DNA of 64,000 nt from a virus. Position 1 is the stretch's first letter; every line of letters starts with the position of its first letter. A program made the translations under genes and the position numbers. The notes below the pieces were generated by a model. It was not told the origin of the DNA. It saw nothing but the letters and a program-made list of their open reading frames with translations, and did not search any database. Location: positions 1 to 64,000 of IMG/VR virus record IMGVR_UViG_3300035670_013167. One strand, given 5' to 3'. This document shows positions 28,854 to 38,590 of this stretch, in pieces.

Positions 28854-29552
28854 TCAAGTTGCAGAATCGTTTATTTTTATCAAAAAACCTTCGCCAGAGG
28901 AAGGAAATCTTCTTACAGACAATATTTGAGATAAATCTTCATTCAATTCTGACAACTTGTATTCGAGCCAGTAACACCCGGGCAAGCTTGTAGAATCTTC
29001 TGTCCAGTTGAAAGTGAGGTATGTTGCCGTCAATTGATTTTCCAGTATGGTTCCATCTTCTTTTTCAATATTTTCAAAAACAGATTCTATGTCTGCGTCT
29101 TCTTCGAACAATCTAAAGACTCTAAAACCAGAACCTTTGTTCCAAGATTGAGGAGTCGTATTATCATATCCTCTTGTAACAACAACTGTTTTTTCAGATT
29201 CATTAAAGCTAACTATTTGCATTTTTTCAGCATTTCTGGCCCTGTTCATAACTAGTATATCATTTTGCTTTATCTGCTCAAATCCTATATTGTCCGCAAA
29301 AGATATAGTTGTTTCTACACTATTAATAGACTTTTTTAATTTAGAAGAAATCCACATGCTGACTTGCAAAGCGTAATTTTCCGTTAAATCTACAACTCCA
29401 TCGCAATCTTCTAAATTAATTTTAAATGGAGGAGTTGTGTCGTTTCTTTTTAAACAAAAATCAGGAGCAACACCGTCTGGACATCCTGTCTGTGCATCTA
29501 GACAGTTGTTCGAATTACTGCAACCTATTCCTAAATTTATATTCATTGTCAT
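28854..29552 (-). CDS. BppU/baseplate-upper-like virion protein
   Basis: LKRNDTTPP..DLT, FNW...STSLPGCYWLEY, RRFP; TATAAATA 6 nt upstream. Confidence 0.6.
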   Translation of the reverse strand: MTMNINLGIGCSNSNNCLDAQTGCPDGVAPDFCLKRNDTTPPFKINLEDCDGVVDLTENYALQVSMWISSKLKKSINSVETTISFADNIGFEQIKQNDILVMNRARNAEKMQIVSFNESEKTVVVTRGYDNTTPQSWNKGSGFRVFRLFEEDADIESVFENIEKEDGTILENQLTATYLTFNWTEDSTSLPGCYWLEYKLSELNEDLSQILSVRRFPSSGEGFLIKINDSAT

Positions 29553-29574
29553 AAAGTATATTTATAGTTTCATA

Positions 29575-29666
29575 AATAAAAAACGGCAGAACAAAAAGCC
29601 CTGCCGTTTTTCACCAAATGCAGAATAAAAATCACCCCCTTTATAGTCAGCATTTGTATCATTATT
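29575..29666 (-). ncRNA. Candidate ~90-nt small RNA between a sigma70 promoter and a terminator
   Basis: CAAATGC/GCATTTG stem enclosing GGGGGTGA, then terminator hairpin. Confidence 0.4.
29579..29611 (-). terminator. Rho-independent terminator
   Basis: AAAAACGGCAG...CTGCCGTTTTT inverted repeat with T tract. Confidence 0.75.
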
Positions 29667-29671
29667 TTTAT

Positions 29672-29700
29672 ATTATACAAAGTAAAAAAATATCAGTCAA
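29672..29700 (-). promoter_or_regulatory. Sigma70 promoter
   Basis: TTGACT-N17-TATAAT. Confidence 0.65.
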
Positions 29701-29706
29701 TTATAA

Positions 29707-30225
29707 TCAAGAAAAAATACCAAATTTTTCTAAAACACTGATTCTTTCTTTCATCCAACCAAGACTTCCAGAAAAAGAAATCAATTCAACACCAGCAAGT
29801 TTTGCAATCTTGTTCGTCACTTCTCTTTCATTATTGCTAGATAGCATTGAAGAGGGATCTACAATTTTACTCATATCAAAATAAATAACCTTTGATATTT
29901 CGGCATCTACTATTTCCAACATGCATTTTTGACAAGGAATTCCCGTTACATATAAAGTGCAATCTTTTGTAGAAACCAAAGAGTGGTCAATAGCATTTGC
30001 TTCTGCATGTTTGATATATGGGTATTTATGAGGTCTATCCCAATCAATTTCATTATCATTTATTTTCTTAGGAGGACCATTATATCCAATCCCAGTTATT
30101 TCATTATTTTTATTGACTATAACAGCGCCAACTTGAGTATTAGGATCTTTTGAAAAACTAGCATAAAAAAATGCTAATCCCATGTATTTCTCATCGCGAG
30201 AGGGAACTGATCTTGGACCTATCAC
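29707..30225 (-). CDS. dCMP deaminase
   Basis: SKDPNTQVGAVI, GYNG, HAEANA, PCQKC; GTG start overlapping the upstream TGA. Confidence 0.92.
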   Translation of the reverse strand: MIGPRSVPSRDEKYMGLAFFYASFSKDPNTQVGAVIVNKNNEITGIGYNGPPKKINDNEIDWDRPHKYPYIKHAEANAIDHSLVSTKDCTLYVTGIPCQKCMLEIVDAEISKVIYFDMSKIVDPSSMLSSNNEREVTNKIAKLAGVELISFSGSLGWMKERISVLEKFGIFS

Positions 30226-30416
30226 TTTTTTTTCTTTTTCTTTCTTCTTTTTTTCTTTTTCTTTATTTCTAACATCCAAGGAGATGCGGTCGAACGACTA
30301 TGCATCGAGGCATCAGGAATTGGTGGACCTAATCCTAATGCAGCGGCTTGTCTGGCTCGCGTAAAAGCACTTGATTCTTTTGATAAAATCCAATCATGAA
30401 AAGACATAAATTTCAT
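30222..30416 (-). CDS. Small basic protein with capsid-targeting-like N-terminus and Lys-rich tail
   Basis: MKFMSFHDWILSKE...KKKKKRRKKKKKK. Confidence 0.65.
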   Translation of the reverse strand: MKFMSFHDWILSKESSAFTRARQAAALGLGPPIPDASMHSRSTASPWMLEIKKKKKRRKKKKKK

Positions 30417-30427
30417 AAAATTATATA

Positions 30428-31180
30428 TTATGTCCACAAGCTTTTTCTTATTTTTATTAAATTAATAAGCATATTTTCGTCTTCCTTTTCATATTTTGCC
30501 TCTAATTTAGTCAGAAGCTTAAAGGCTTTATCTTTTGCTTTTTTATCTTTTGATTCAAAATTTATATCCCAACCGCTTTCTTTATGCGGATCTCTGGTCG
30601 GCCTTATATTCTTCCACCAATCATAAATTTCTCGTATTTTTTTTGCAACTTCTGCTTGATGCGTTGGCTCTCCATAACCCTTTTCCCCTTTCTTAATTCC
30701 ATATTCTTCATCTTTCACAAGATTAGAAGCCCAATTTAAATAATCAATTCCGGCTTCCGGACATCTTCCTTTTTTAAATTTGAATTTTTTTTCCTTAGAA
30801 CAAATGTGATTCATCCACGCCTGCTCTACTTCTACAAAATCTACCAACTCATTAAATAATCCGTGAATAATTCGATAATCTAAATCATGATAATAACCAG
30901 GAGTTAGTCCAGTTTTTAAGTAATGAGTTTTTGTTATAAATCTATTATTAATATAATAATAAATAGATCTATAAACATCTTTTGGGAAATAAATTATATT
31001 TTGAAGCTTGCACAAAAGTTTATCAGAAATCCAGTATCGCCATTTATTATTATTTTTTTGATTATCTTTCCAAACGTCCCACTCATCTAAAGTGAGCGCC
31101 ATTGGCTTCTTTTCTCCTCTAATCCAATCTGCAAACTTAGAACAAGACCAATAGTTAAATCTGTGCCTGTGGATTTTCAT
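30428..31180 (-). CDS. Conserved hypothetical phage protein
   Basis: 250 aa; YWSCSKFADWIRG, LFNELVDFVEVE, IRKSLWT. Confidence 0.8.
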   Translation of the reverse strand: MKIHRHRFNYWSCSKFADWIRGEKKPMALTLDEWDVWKDNQKNNNKWRYWISDKLLCKLQNIIYFPKDVYRSIYYYINNRFITKTHYLKTGLTPGYYHDLDYRIIHGLFNELVDFVEVEQAWMNHICSKEKKFKFKKGRCPEAGIDYLNWASNLVKDEEYGIKKGEKGYGEPTHQAEVAKKIREIYDWWKNIRPTRDPHKESGWDINFESKDKKAKDKAFKLLTKLEAKYEKEDENMLINLIKIRKSLWT

Positions 31181-31479
31181 GCTTTGTAGTTTCCCATTTC
31201 TATTTCAGATAGCTTTTCAAGATCAAAGTTTTTTTTAGCATCTTCATGAGCTTTTTGCAACTTGTAAAAAAACTTTTTCATTTTTTTTAAGTATCTGGTT
31301 GTGCAGTAAATTCCTGTGTGCCTAACAAAGTAAAAACAACTTCCAAAAATTAAAAAATAAATTAAAAATCTTTTTTGAATAGAAGTTGTAAAATATTTTG
31401 TCATCCATAATTTATCTGGCGGGATGTAATCTTCTAAAAAAAAGCCAGAAACTAAATTTCTATCTCTATTTTCTACCAA
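31177..31479 (-). CDS. Hypothetical protein
   Basis: 100-aa ORF in operon. Confidence 0.7.
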   Translation of the reverse strand: MVENRDRNLVSGFFLEDYIPPDKLWMTKYFTTSIQKRFLIYFLIFGSCFYFVRHTGIYCTTRYLKKMKKFFYKLQKAHEDAKKNFDLEKLSEIEMGNYKA

Positions 31480-31913
31480 ACCTCCATCCCCTCAACAAGC
31501 TCAATGTGCATTAGTATCATCCCTCCTACAAATTCTTGAGGAACCCATTTCGAAATGTTTTCTATAAGCTTAACCATATACTTAATTTCATCTTCTACTA
31601 TTAAATTATTTTGATTCGAAAATTGAAAATTATTGTCTTCCATAATCTCATAAGCTTTATTTACACCATCTGATACAGTTGTTTTTATTACCATATCTAA
31701 ATAATGAGGCAAATCTAAAATAGTTTTAGATATTTTTCTTCCATCATGCAGCTTTTTGTCAGCAAAATAATTATTTATGCATTTTTTAATTATAGGTTCA
31801 ATTTCTTTATAAAAAGAACTTATAAATCTAGAATCATTAGATTCAATATCAAAATTTTCAAATTCAAAATCAATATCGATTTCGTCTGAGACTTCTAACA
31901 TGCAGGAATTCAT
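31473..31913 (-). CDS. Hypothetical protein
   Basis: 146-aa ORF, GGAG SD; TTGACT-N16-TAAAAT upstream (31954-31981). Confidence 0.7.
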   Translation of the reverse strand: MNSCMLEVSDEIDIDFEFENFDIESNDSRFISSFYKEIEPIIKKCINNYFADKKLHDGRKISKTILDLPHYLDMVIKTTVSDGVNKAYEIMEDNNFQFSNQNNLIVEDEIKYMVKLIENISKWVPQEFVGGMILMHIELVEGMEVW

Positions 31914-32021
31914 AAATTCTCCAATTGTATATTTTCAGAAATAACAAAATCGGATTTTATCATAAAAAATCAGCAAGTCAATATATACCATTAGAAAAAA
32001 CTATAAAATTTAAGGATTAAA

Positions 32022-32492
32022 ATGAATAAAATAATCATTGTAATGTTAACATTAATATTAAGTGGATGTAATGTTAGTCCACTAAGCCCTAGCAACAGAC
32101 CTAAAATAAACAATCAAAATGGAACAATAGAAGACATAAAAAATAATCAAAACGGACTAATGGCTGATCTAGCAAATATCAGAAGCAGGCTAGAAATAAT
32201 GGCAAGAGACGTAGAAAATCTCCAAAACGGATTTATTAATTCAAATAATAGAAATTATGGAGTGCAAATTTTCCAAGGAGAAGGAGGACTGATTGCGGGA
32301 GTCTTATTGATTTCTTTCCTAGGATTTTTAGTTTTTAACTACAGATCAAAAGCAATAAAATACGAAAAAGTAGCAAATATTATGGGCAAAGAAATAAAAT
32401 CACTAAAAAACAAAAATATAGAGAATGAAATTTTTATAACAGCTTTGGGCGCAAAAGTTGAGGAAGATGTTTATAAAATATTAAAAAATTAA
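32022..32492 (+). CDS. Putative lipoprotein with coiled coil and TM segment
   Basis: Lipobox LSG-C after a hydrophobic N-terminus; second hydrophobic helix. Confidence 0.7.
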   Translation: MNKIIIVMLTLILSGCNVSPLSPSNRPKINNQNGTIEDIKNNQNGLMADLANIRSRLEIMARDVENLQNGFINSNNRNYGVQIFQGEGGLIAGVLLISFLGFLVFNYRSKAIKYEKVANIMGKEIKSLKNKNIENEIFITALGAKVEEDVYKILKN

Positions 32493-32764
32493 ACATCATA
32501 TCCTTGTTTTATATTTCTCAATAACAAAAAGCCTTCACAATTGTTTCCAATCGGCTTATCTATAAGTTTAGGATTGATTTTTTTCATTTTACAATTTGCT
32601 ATAAAGTTTTCAGTAGCTTCATCTATTTTATTTTTTTCTATTGGCCTTAATTTCAAGCAATGAAATTTAGAAGAATCAAATTCATCATTGTGCAAATAGC
32701 GACAAGTTTTACTTCCGCAATTTAATAAACAAACATTCTTAACATGATTTTTCGATAAAGTCAT
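32489..32764 (-). CDS. Cys-rich hypothetical protein
   Basis: 91 aa; CLLNCG..CRYL..C..NCEG. Confidence 0.7.
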   Translation of the reverse strand: MTLSKNHVKNVCLLNCGSKTCRYLHNDEFDSSKFHCLKLRPIEKNKIDEATENFIANCKMKKINPKLIDKPIGNNCEGFLLLRNIKQGYDV

Positions 32765-33279
32765 TTTGATATCTTTTCTTGAATTTGAATTTCTTGACCT
32801 ATATTACTTATCAATATATTATTATGATGATCTATTTCATGCTGAAATATGCAACACTCTAAATCTTGCTTAAAAACTTTTTCAAAATCTAAAACTTCTA
32901 ATTTATCTTTATCACTTAATATTTTACCAACAACTTTTATTTCCTTGAATCTCATAACTTTAAAATGTCTAATTTTTCCACTATGAGATTTTATAGACAA
33001 GCATCCCTCTATAGACAAGTGCTTGTCTTCATTTACAGGAAAGTATTCACAATCAATCATATAATTAAATTTATTATTTTTTTGATCTTGATATACAAAA
33101 AATTTCCAAGGAATTCCAACTTGGACAGCGGATAACCCAACCCCGTTATTTTTTAAACAAACGTTTTCCATTTTTTGACCAATTGAATACAATTCACTTA
33201 ATTTATCACAAGGAGTATTTTCTACAATACTAGGAATTTGTTCAATTGGAACTATTTCTATTTGCTTGTTCATTCGCAC
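32761..33279 (-). CDS. def: Peptide deformylase
   Basis: GVGLSAVQVG, EGCLS, QHEIDH. Confidence 0.93.
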   Translation of the reverse strand: MRMNKQIEIVPIEQIPSIVENTPCDKLSELYSIGQKMENVCLKNNGVGLSAVQVGIPWKFFVYQDQKNNKFNYMIDCEYFPVNEDKHLSIEGCLSIKSHSGKIRHFKVMRFKEIKVVGKILSDKDKLEVLDFEKVFKQDLECCIFQHEIDHHNNILISNIGQEIQIQEKISK

Positions 33280-33539
33280 AAAGCCTTAACAACAGCATCT
33301 GTTCTAACCTTAAGCCAAGCTTCAAGTTCTTGAGGATTGTTTTTCAAGTTAGATGGAATTTTTAATATGATAGGAATTTCATCATTATCATTGACTAAAA
33401 GATCAAGATATTTACTTATTAAATCTCTTATCATTTGAGAAACATTTTTATGGCCAAGTTTTTTTGATGAAGTTTTAACCAAATCATACATTTCAGAATC
33501 TAACGAGAGACTCATTATTTTTAATTTATTATCAGACAT
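33270..33539 (-). CDS. Ribbon-helix-helix (CopG-like) DNA-binding protein
   Basis: IMSLSLDSEMYDLV..SSKKLG..NVSQMIRDLI. Confidence 0.6.
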   Translation of the reverse strand: MSDNKLKIMSLSLDSEMYDLVKTSSKKLGHKNVSQMIRDLISKYLDLLVNDNDEIPIILKIPSNLKNNPQELEAWLKVRTDAVVKALCE

Positions 33540-33551
33540 AATTTTTACCTC

Positions 33552-33797
33552 TTAATTTGAAAACCTACCTCTGATTTTTTCTTTTTGAATCTCTGCTTCG
33601 GATTCTTTTGCTTTTCTTTTTCTTTTTTCACTTGGACTTTCGTAATACTGTCTTTGTTTGTACTCAGATAAAATTCCCGCCTCATTTACCTGTCTTTTGA
33701 AAGCTGCGAGCATGTTTTTGAATGCTCTTTCTCTTTCTTCTCTTGATGGATTAGGAGGCAAATCTTTCATTTCTACTCTAACAATACCTTTTTTCAT
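33552..33797 (-). CDS. rpsU: Ribosomal protein bS21 homolog
   Basis: ML..FKRQV..AGIL.EYKQRQYYESPSEKRKRK. Confidence 0.85.
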   Translation of the reverse strand: MKKGIVRVEMKDLPPNPSREERERAFKNMLAAFKRQVNEAGILSEYKQRQYYESPSEKRKRKAKESEAEIQKEKIRGRFSN

Positions 33798-33804
33798 ATA
33801 AAAC

Positions 33805-34947
33805 CTACATTTCCTCTCTATTAATTTTTATAAATCTAGAACCAAATTTTTTAATTTTATTTTTTCTAACATAATCATAAGGAACAATCTTATTAGAAGC
33901 GGCCGTAGAAGGCCATAAATCCCTATTTAATAAAGGAATTATTTTCCCCAACTTAGAAACAACAGCGTCTAATAAATTGTTTTTCCAACTATTTTTATCT
34001 TCTCCACTTATTATAGTAGGAAAACTAAAAATATAATCTTTTGGTAAATCTTTCGCACACAAATCATCAATTTCGTATTCTTTTAATGCATTAAAACGAT
34101 TTCTTTCGTCAAACATTAAAAATGGAGTTCTTGAACATATTGCTAGTCGAGAAATTCCCGTAAAAAAGTCTAAAACAAATCCAGTGGCCCGCATGGCAGA
34201 CATAATCTTGGAAAGATCTTTATCCCACAAATGCAAACAATTTTCATGCGTGTCTGCTGATATGTCGTGACAGAATAAGTCTCTATATATTACAGGGTAA
34301 TGTCCTTCACTTATGAGTCTTTTTACAAGTGTAATCCAAAATTCTCTATCGCTTCTTACTTTTTCGCATCGACCCATTTTCCATATATTTATTTCTATTG
34401 AAGGATATATGAAAACTTTCAAATCTTTAGCAGCAATATGTCTTGCAAAATCAATTCCTAAAGAAGAGCTAGAATTAATTGTAGGCAAACTAACTTTTAC
34501 ATGTTTGAACTTATCAAAAAATTCTTTTGTTATTCCTTTATCATAATATTCAATTAAATCTTTATCGGTCATTATTTCATAAAAATATTCATTAAGAGAT
34601 CTAATCAACAAGGTATAGTAAGAAGAATTATTAGAAAAATTATTAATTTGAAAACGAAGTTTCTCTAAAGCAACATCCTCTTCTATAGTCCAATATTCGT
34701 CAACATAAGGATACAGAGACTCATGTCCGGGCCAAGACAATAATATAAAATATTTTGATGCCTTGGCTTCTTCTTTTATTCTTCGCAACAACAAAGAAGA
34801 AAGAATAAAAGAAGATCTCATGTCCCCAAAAAAAGGAAAAATAACAACATTTTCTATAGAAGTAGGGACTTTATTATTATTAAAAACAATTCTCTTAAGG
34901 CCTAATTTGTCGCAAGATTTTTTTAAAATTTCATTAACATTAAACAC
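33805..34947 (-). CDS. Glycosyltransferase-like protein (GT-B/GT9-like)
   Basis: FFGDM, LYPYVDEYW, FWITLVKRL, DFFTGISRLA. Confidence 0.5.
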   Translation of the reverse strand: MFNVNEILKKSCDKLGLKRIVFNNNKVPTSIENVVIFPFFGDMRSSFILSSLLLRRIKEEAKASKYFILLSWPGHESLYPYVDEYWTIEEDVALEKLRFQINNFSNNSSYYTLLIRSLNEYFYEIMTDKDLIEYYDKGITKEFFDKFKHVKVSLPTINSSSSLGIDFARHIAAKDLKVFIYPSIEINIWKMGRCEKVRSDREFWITLVKRLISEGHYPVIYRDLFCHDISADTHENCLHLWDKDLSKIMSAMRATGFVLDFFTGISRLAICSRTPFLMFDERNRFNALKEYEIDDLCAKDLPKDYIFSFPTIISGEDKNSWKNNLLDAVVSKLGKIIPLLNRDLWPSTAASNKIVPYDYVRKNKIKKFGSRFIKINREEM

Positions 34948-36140
34948 TATAAAGCCCCTATTCTTTTATCATTATTTTTTTTTGTTTGTAAAACTAAATC
35001 TTTATTTTCAACCATGCCAATCATATCAGAAAAATTATTCATTTTAATTTCTTCAATACATCTTCTAACAACATTTATTCCTTCATCATTATTATCATAA
35101 ATATTTAAAAAATGATTAACAGATAATTTTCTTTTTCCTAAATCGCAAAGATTTCTTCTAATTCCTTCCTGTCCGCGTTTGCCCCAAATCTGGTCTGGGC
35201 TTTCAAATAATATATAAGGAACACCCATCATGCCAGACAATCTAGTTGAGGCCGTCCAAAATTGAATCGTAAATTCGCAGCTTTTTATTATAGAAAAAGT
35301 AATCTCTAAATCCTTAGAATCTTCCATTCTAGAAAAATCAACCACATCATCTACTGGGCACTTTTGAGTACTAACTTTTTCTCCTAACCAAATTACATCA
35401 TAATTAAGATCTCTAAGCAATTTAATTAATTTAATATAGAATTCAGGTTGCAAATTTCTTCCATAACATTTTCTTCCTCTCGCAAAAACTCCAACTGTCG
35501 GTTTTTTTATAAATTTTTGCACCTTAATTAATTTTTCTTCACTAGGAATCGGAATACTAATTGCTCTTTTTTTCCAATAACTAATTTCGCTTCCTATTAT
35601 TGGCGGAATTGTATTTTTACTTTTACATTTTGGACAGAAATCATGAGGAAATAAATCTCCGCTCTGACGAACTGTGTTCCAAAAATTATCGCAATCTTTA
35701 CAACGTGCCGATATAGAAAAATTGCCTAAATCAGAAGACTTAATAACATGACCAAATTGACCCATCTTTTTTTCTATAATAGATAAATTATCAGAATCAT
35801 GATGAAAAGCTCTAGCAAATTCTCTTAGACTCATAAATTCTTCATTGATTTCCCAAAACTCATCAACAAGATGCTGATATAAATATTTTCTTCCATGCCA
35901 ACCGATAACAATTTTATATTTATTAGGATTTCTAATTATTATCTGTGGAACTGTATACATTACTCCTACAGTCTCACAACCAAATTCAGAAAAACAACAA
36001 AATATTATCGTCTTGTTTTTATCATTTGGATTTGGCCTATTGCTTAATTTGTGAATTTTAAATTTAATATTTTCTATTTTTTCTTCAATAATATTATCAT
36101 GAGAATATGGATTTCTTCTATATGTTTTAAATAATTTCAT
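34947..36140 (-). CDS. GT9-like glycosyltransferase with Cys4 insertion
   Basis: SEFGCE, LYQHLVDEFW, CKDC...CPKC, YGRNL...FYIKLI, VIWLG, TASTRLSGMMGVP. Confidence 0.55.
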   Translation of the reverse strand: MKLFKTYRRNPYSHDNIIEEKIENIKFKIHKLSNRPNPNDKNKTIIFCCFSEFGCETVGVMYTVPQIIIRNPNKYKIVIGWHGRKYLYQHLVDEFWEINEEFMSLREFARAFHHDSDNLSIIEKKMGQFGHVIKSSDLGNFSISARCKDCDNFWNTVRQSGDLFPHDFCPKCKSKNTIPPIIGSEISYWKKRAISIPIPSEEKLIKVQKFIKKPTVGVFARGRKCYGRNLQPEFYIKLIKLLRDLNYDVIWLGEKVSTQKCPVDDVVDFSRMEDSKDLEITFSIIKSCEFTIQFWTASTRLSGMMGVPYILFESPDQIWGKRGQEGIRRNLCDLGKRKLSVNHFLNIYDNNDEGINVVRRCIEEIKMNNFSDMIGMVENKDLVLQTKKNNDKRIGAL

Positions 36141-36151
36141 GTAATCACGAA

Positions 36152-36334
36152 CTAAGATAACCTAAACATTTTAGCAGATTGTCCACATTTTTGACACTTA
36201 AATCTTCTAGGCTTTCCGCAAGAAGAACAAGATCTAACTATTTCTACAAGATTTAAGTTAGAAATATCTTTTTTAGAACCGTTTGTTTTTATATTCCAAT
36301 TGCAGTTTGAACACTTAATTAAAAATTCAGCCAT
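36152..36334 (-). CDS. Small zinc-finger protein
   Basis: Three CxxC pairs in 60 aa. Confidence 0.7.
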   Translation of the reverse strand: MAEFLIKCSNCNWNIKTNGSKKDISNLNLVEIVRSCSSCGKPRRFKCQKCGQSAKMFRLS

Positions 36335-37371
36335 TATTTATTTCTTATTATCTTGAAGACTCTTTTTATTTCTTTTTTTTCAAAAAGTTGCCACGAATAT
36401 TGTTTTATTTCTTCATCATCGTCTTCATCGAGAGAAGCCCCAGCAAGTTCGTACCTGTAGGCTCCTTTGCCTAATTTACCGCCGCCCTTGCCGTATTTGC
36501 CGCCTAATTCTTGGCACAAAGCAGGCACCGATAAAGAAGAGGCTTTGGTTCTAACACATCCTTCGATTCTATTGCCTTCTACAAGAGCAAAAACAACAGC
36601 AGTATTAATATCTTCCCAAGTAACCATCTCATCAGCCATATCTGCGATCATGTCTCTGTGTTTTGCAGGTATACTTCCCATCCCAACAACTCCGACACTC
36701 TCTTCTACAACGGCATTTGAACATGCATTTGCTTTTGAATCTATCCAAAATTTTGGTCTTTCAAAATTAACTATTTGCTTCAATAAAACAGAATCTCTAA
36801 AAGGAAATAATTTGCTCCAAGCGTCAAATTCAAAATCGCTACAATCATCGCTCATTAAATTTTCAGTGTCTGTTGTTATGCCTACCATCATGGCAGTTGC
36901 CACTTTTGTGTCAAATTGATTGTCTTCGTCAAAACAAAGTCCTAACTTATCTATCAGTTCATAAACAGTGGCACAAGCACTACCAGCTTTTAAGTTTATA
37001 AACATGCCTTCAAAATTAGAAGGAGATTCTTTATGATGATCAATTATCAGATCAAAAACAATCTCAGAATCACAAGACACCCCTGCATTATTGGGGACGG
37101 AATCAACTAAAACTCTTAAAGCAATTTCATCATTACACCTGTAAGAATCAACAGGTTGCAATTCAGGGTCTAACAAATTTACCATAGATCTATTTTGAGG
37201 GTGAGATATGGCCCCTGAATAGTACAACTCTGAAGAAACTCCAAATTTGGAAAGAATCCAATTCATACCCATCATAGATCCAATTGCATCAGGATCTGGA
37301 AATGGGTGAGTAAAGATTACCGCTTTATTAAATCTGCTAATTAGAGACTTAAATTTTTCTATATCAATCAT
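36334..37371 (-). CDS. DHH-family phosphoesterase (NrnA-like)
   Basis: HPFPDPDAIGS, VLVD, IIDHH, GITTDT, GGG. Confidence 0.92.
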   Translation of the reverse strand: MIDIEKFKSLISRFNKAVIFTHPFPDPDAIGSMMGMNWILSKFGVSSELYYSGAISHPQNRSMVNLLDPELQPVDSYRCNDEIALRVLVDSVPNNAGVSCDSEIVFDLIIDHHKESPSNFEGMFINLKAGSACATVYELIDKLGLCFDEDNQFDTKVATAMMVGITTDTENLMSDDCSDFEFDAWSKLFPFRDSVLLKQIVNFERPKFWIDSKANACSNAVVEESVGVVGMGSIPAKHRDMIADMADEMVTWEDINTAVVFALVEGNRIEGCVRTKASSLSVPALCQELGGKYGKGGGKLGKGAYRYELAGASLDEDDDEEIKQYSWQLFEKKEIKRVFKIIRNK

Positions 37372-37937
37372 TATATATTTTCTAACTGCTTGGGCTGGTC
37401 TTCATTTTTGTATGCTCTGCCCATACTGTCGCTTAACTTATGAATTTTTTCTTTAACAGATTCAATTTTAGATTCAAGTTTTTTTTGATTTTTATCATCA
37501 CCAAAACCCATAGATGTCATCAATTTTGATTCTAAATCATAAAGTTCTTTTTTTAATTCAGTGAGTTCTTCAAGCTCTTCTTCTGAATATGTTGCTCCTA
37601 ACGATTGAGGAGTCATTTTTTGATCGCAACCAATAGAGTCGCGAGAAACGGGGTTGCTTGGAGACGATTTGTGCTCGGATTCATTAATAATTTCACTAAT
37701 TATTTCACTTCCATGATCGTCGGCTGCCGAATTAATTGCTTTCCAATATTCGTTGTCTGTTAAGCTTGGAGAGTCCGAAGGATTGGTATTTGTAAAGCCA
37801 AAAAAACTATTACTTGATGTTTGTGGGTTTACCTCTGGGATTTTTGGGGCATCAAACAGTCCCTTCTTAATTGCGTCTTCCCATTTATTTACGAAATCAT
37901 CAAGTTCGTTTTTTTGTTTTTCCATAAAATCACTCAT
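37371..37937 (-). CDS. Hypothetical coiled-coil protein
   Basis: 188 aa, GGAG SD. Confidence 0.75.
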   Translation of the reverse strand: MSDFMEKQKNELDDFVNKWEDAIKKGLFDAPKIPEVNPQTSSNSFFGFTNTNPSDSPSLTDNEYWKAINSAADDHGSEIISEIINESEHKSSPSNPVSRDSIGCDQKMTPQSLGATYSEEELEELTELKKELYDLESKLMTSMGFGDDKNQKKLESKIESVKEKIHKLSDSMGRAYKNEDQPKQLENI

Positions 37938-37958
37938 AATATCTCCAATTGTTAGTTA

Positions 37959-38588
37959 TTAATTATTTATTATAGTTTTTATTTTTTTAAAAGGTTTAAT
38001 TAATAATTTATCAACCTCATCAGAATTGGGCCTTTTGTGGCTCCATCTATTTCCGCCACCCCAATAAAATTGATTATACCATCCTTTTTTCTTGCCGGTG
38101 TATACAGTAAACCCATCAATAAATCTTCTAACAGCGTATTCTGTATGTCTGGTGTAAACCGAATTAAAGAGAGCCTCTTCAAAATTATTTTCTTTTGGCC
38201 TAAAACTAACTCCGCATCTTAATAAAATTGTAAATAAACTTCTTTTCATGGAACTTTTAGTCCACCAAGGAGAAACATTTATCCAACTTATATTATATCT
38301 CTGAGTTGGACCCATTAGAGTTTTTTCTGTTAGATTCAACTTATCTTCTAATGTAGCAATAAAAGCTGCTATGTTTTTACAACGATGAGCCGTGTGACAA
38401 AAAAGCATTCGCCTTATGCCACTAGATTCATCTTGAAAATATTCTCTACAATACAGCCATTCTTTTGCGACCAAAGTGCCATCAAATTTTGTATAAAGTA
38501 TTTTAGAAAACGACCCTCTGTAAAGCCTTTGGTGTCTAGAGGCATCTGGCATTTCTACAGACTTAATTTTACCTATTCTATAAGTCAT
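37959..38588 (-). CDS. Hypothetical phage protein, paralog of 9222..9836
   Basis: WLYCREYF, KRSLFTILLRCG, RFIDGFT, KGWYNQF. Confidence 0.8.
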   Translation of the reverse strand: MTYRIGKIKSVEMPDASRHQRLYRGSFSKILYTKFDGTLVAKEWLYCREYFQDESSGIRRMLFCHTAHRCKNIAAFIATLEDKLNLTEKTLMGPTQRYNISWINVSPWWTKSSMKRSLFTILLRCGVSFRPKENNFEEALFNSVYTRHTEYAVRRFIDGFTVYTGKKKGWYNQFYWGGGNRWSHKRPNSDEVDKLLIKPFKKIKTIINN

Positions 38589-38590
38589 AT

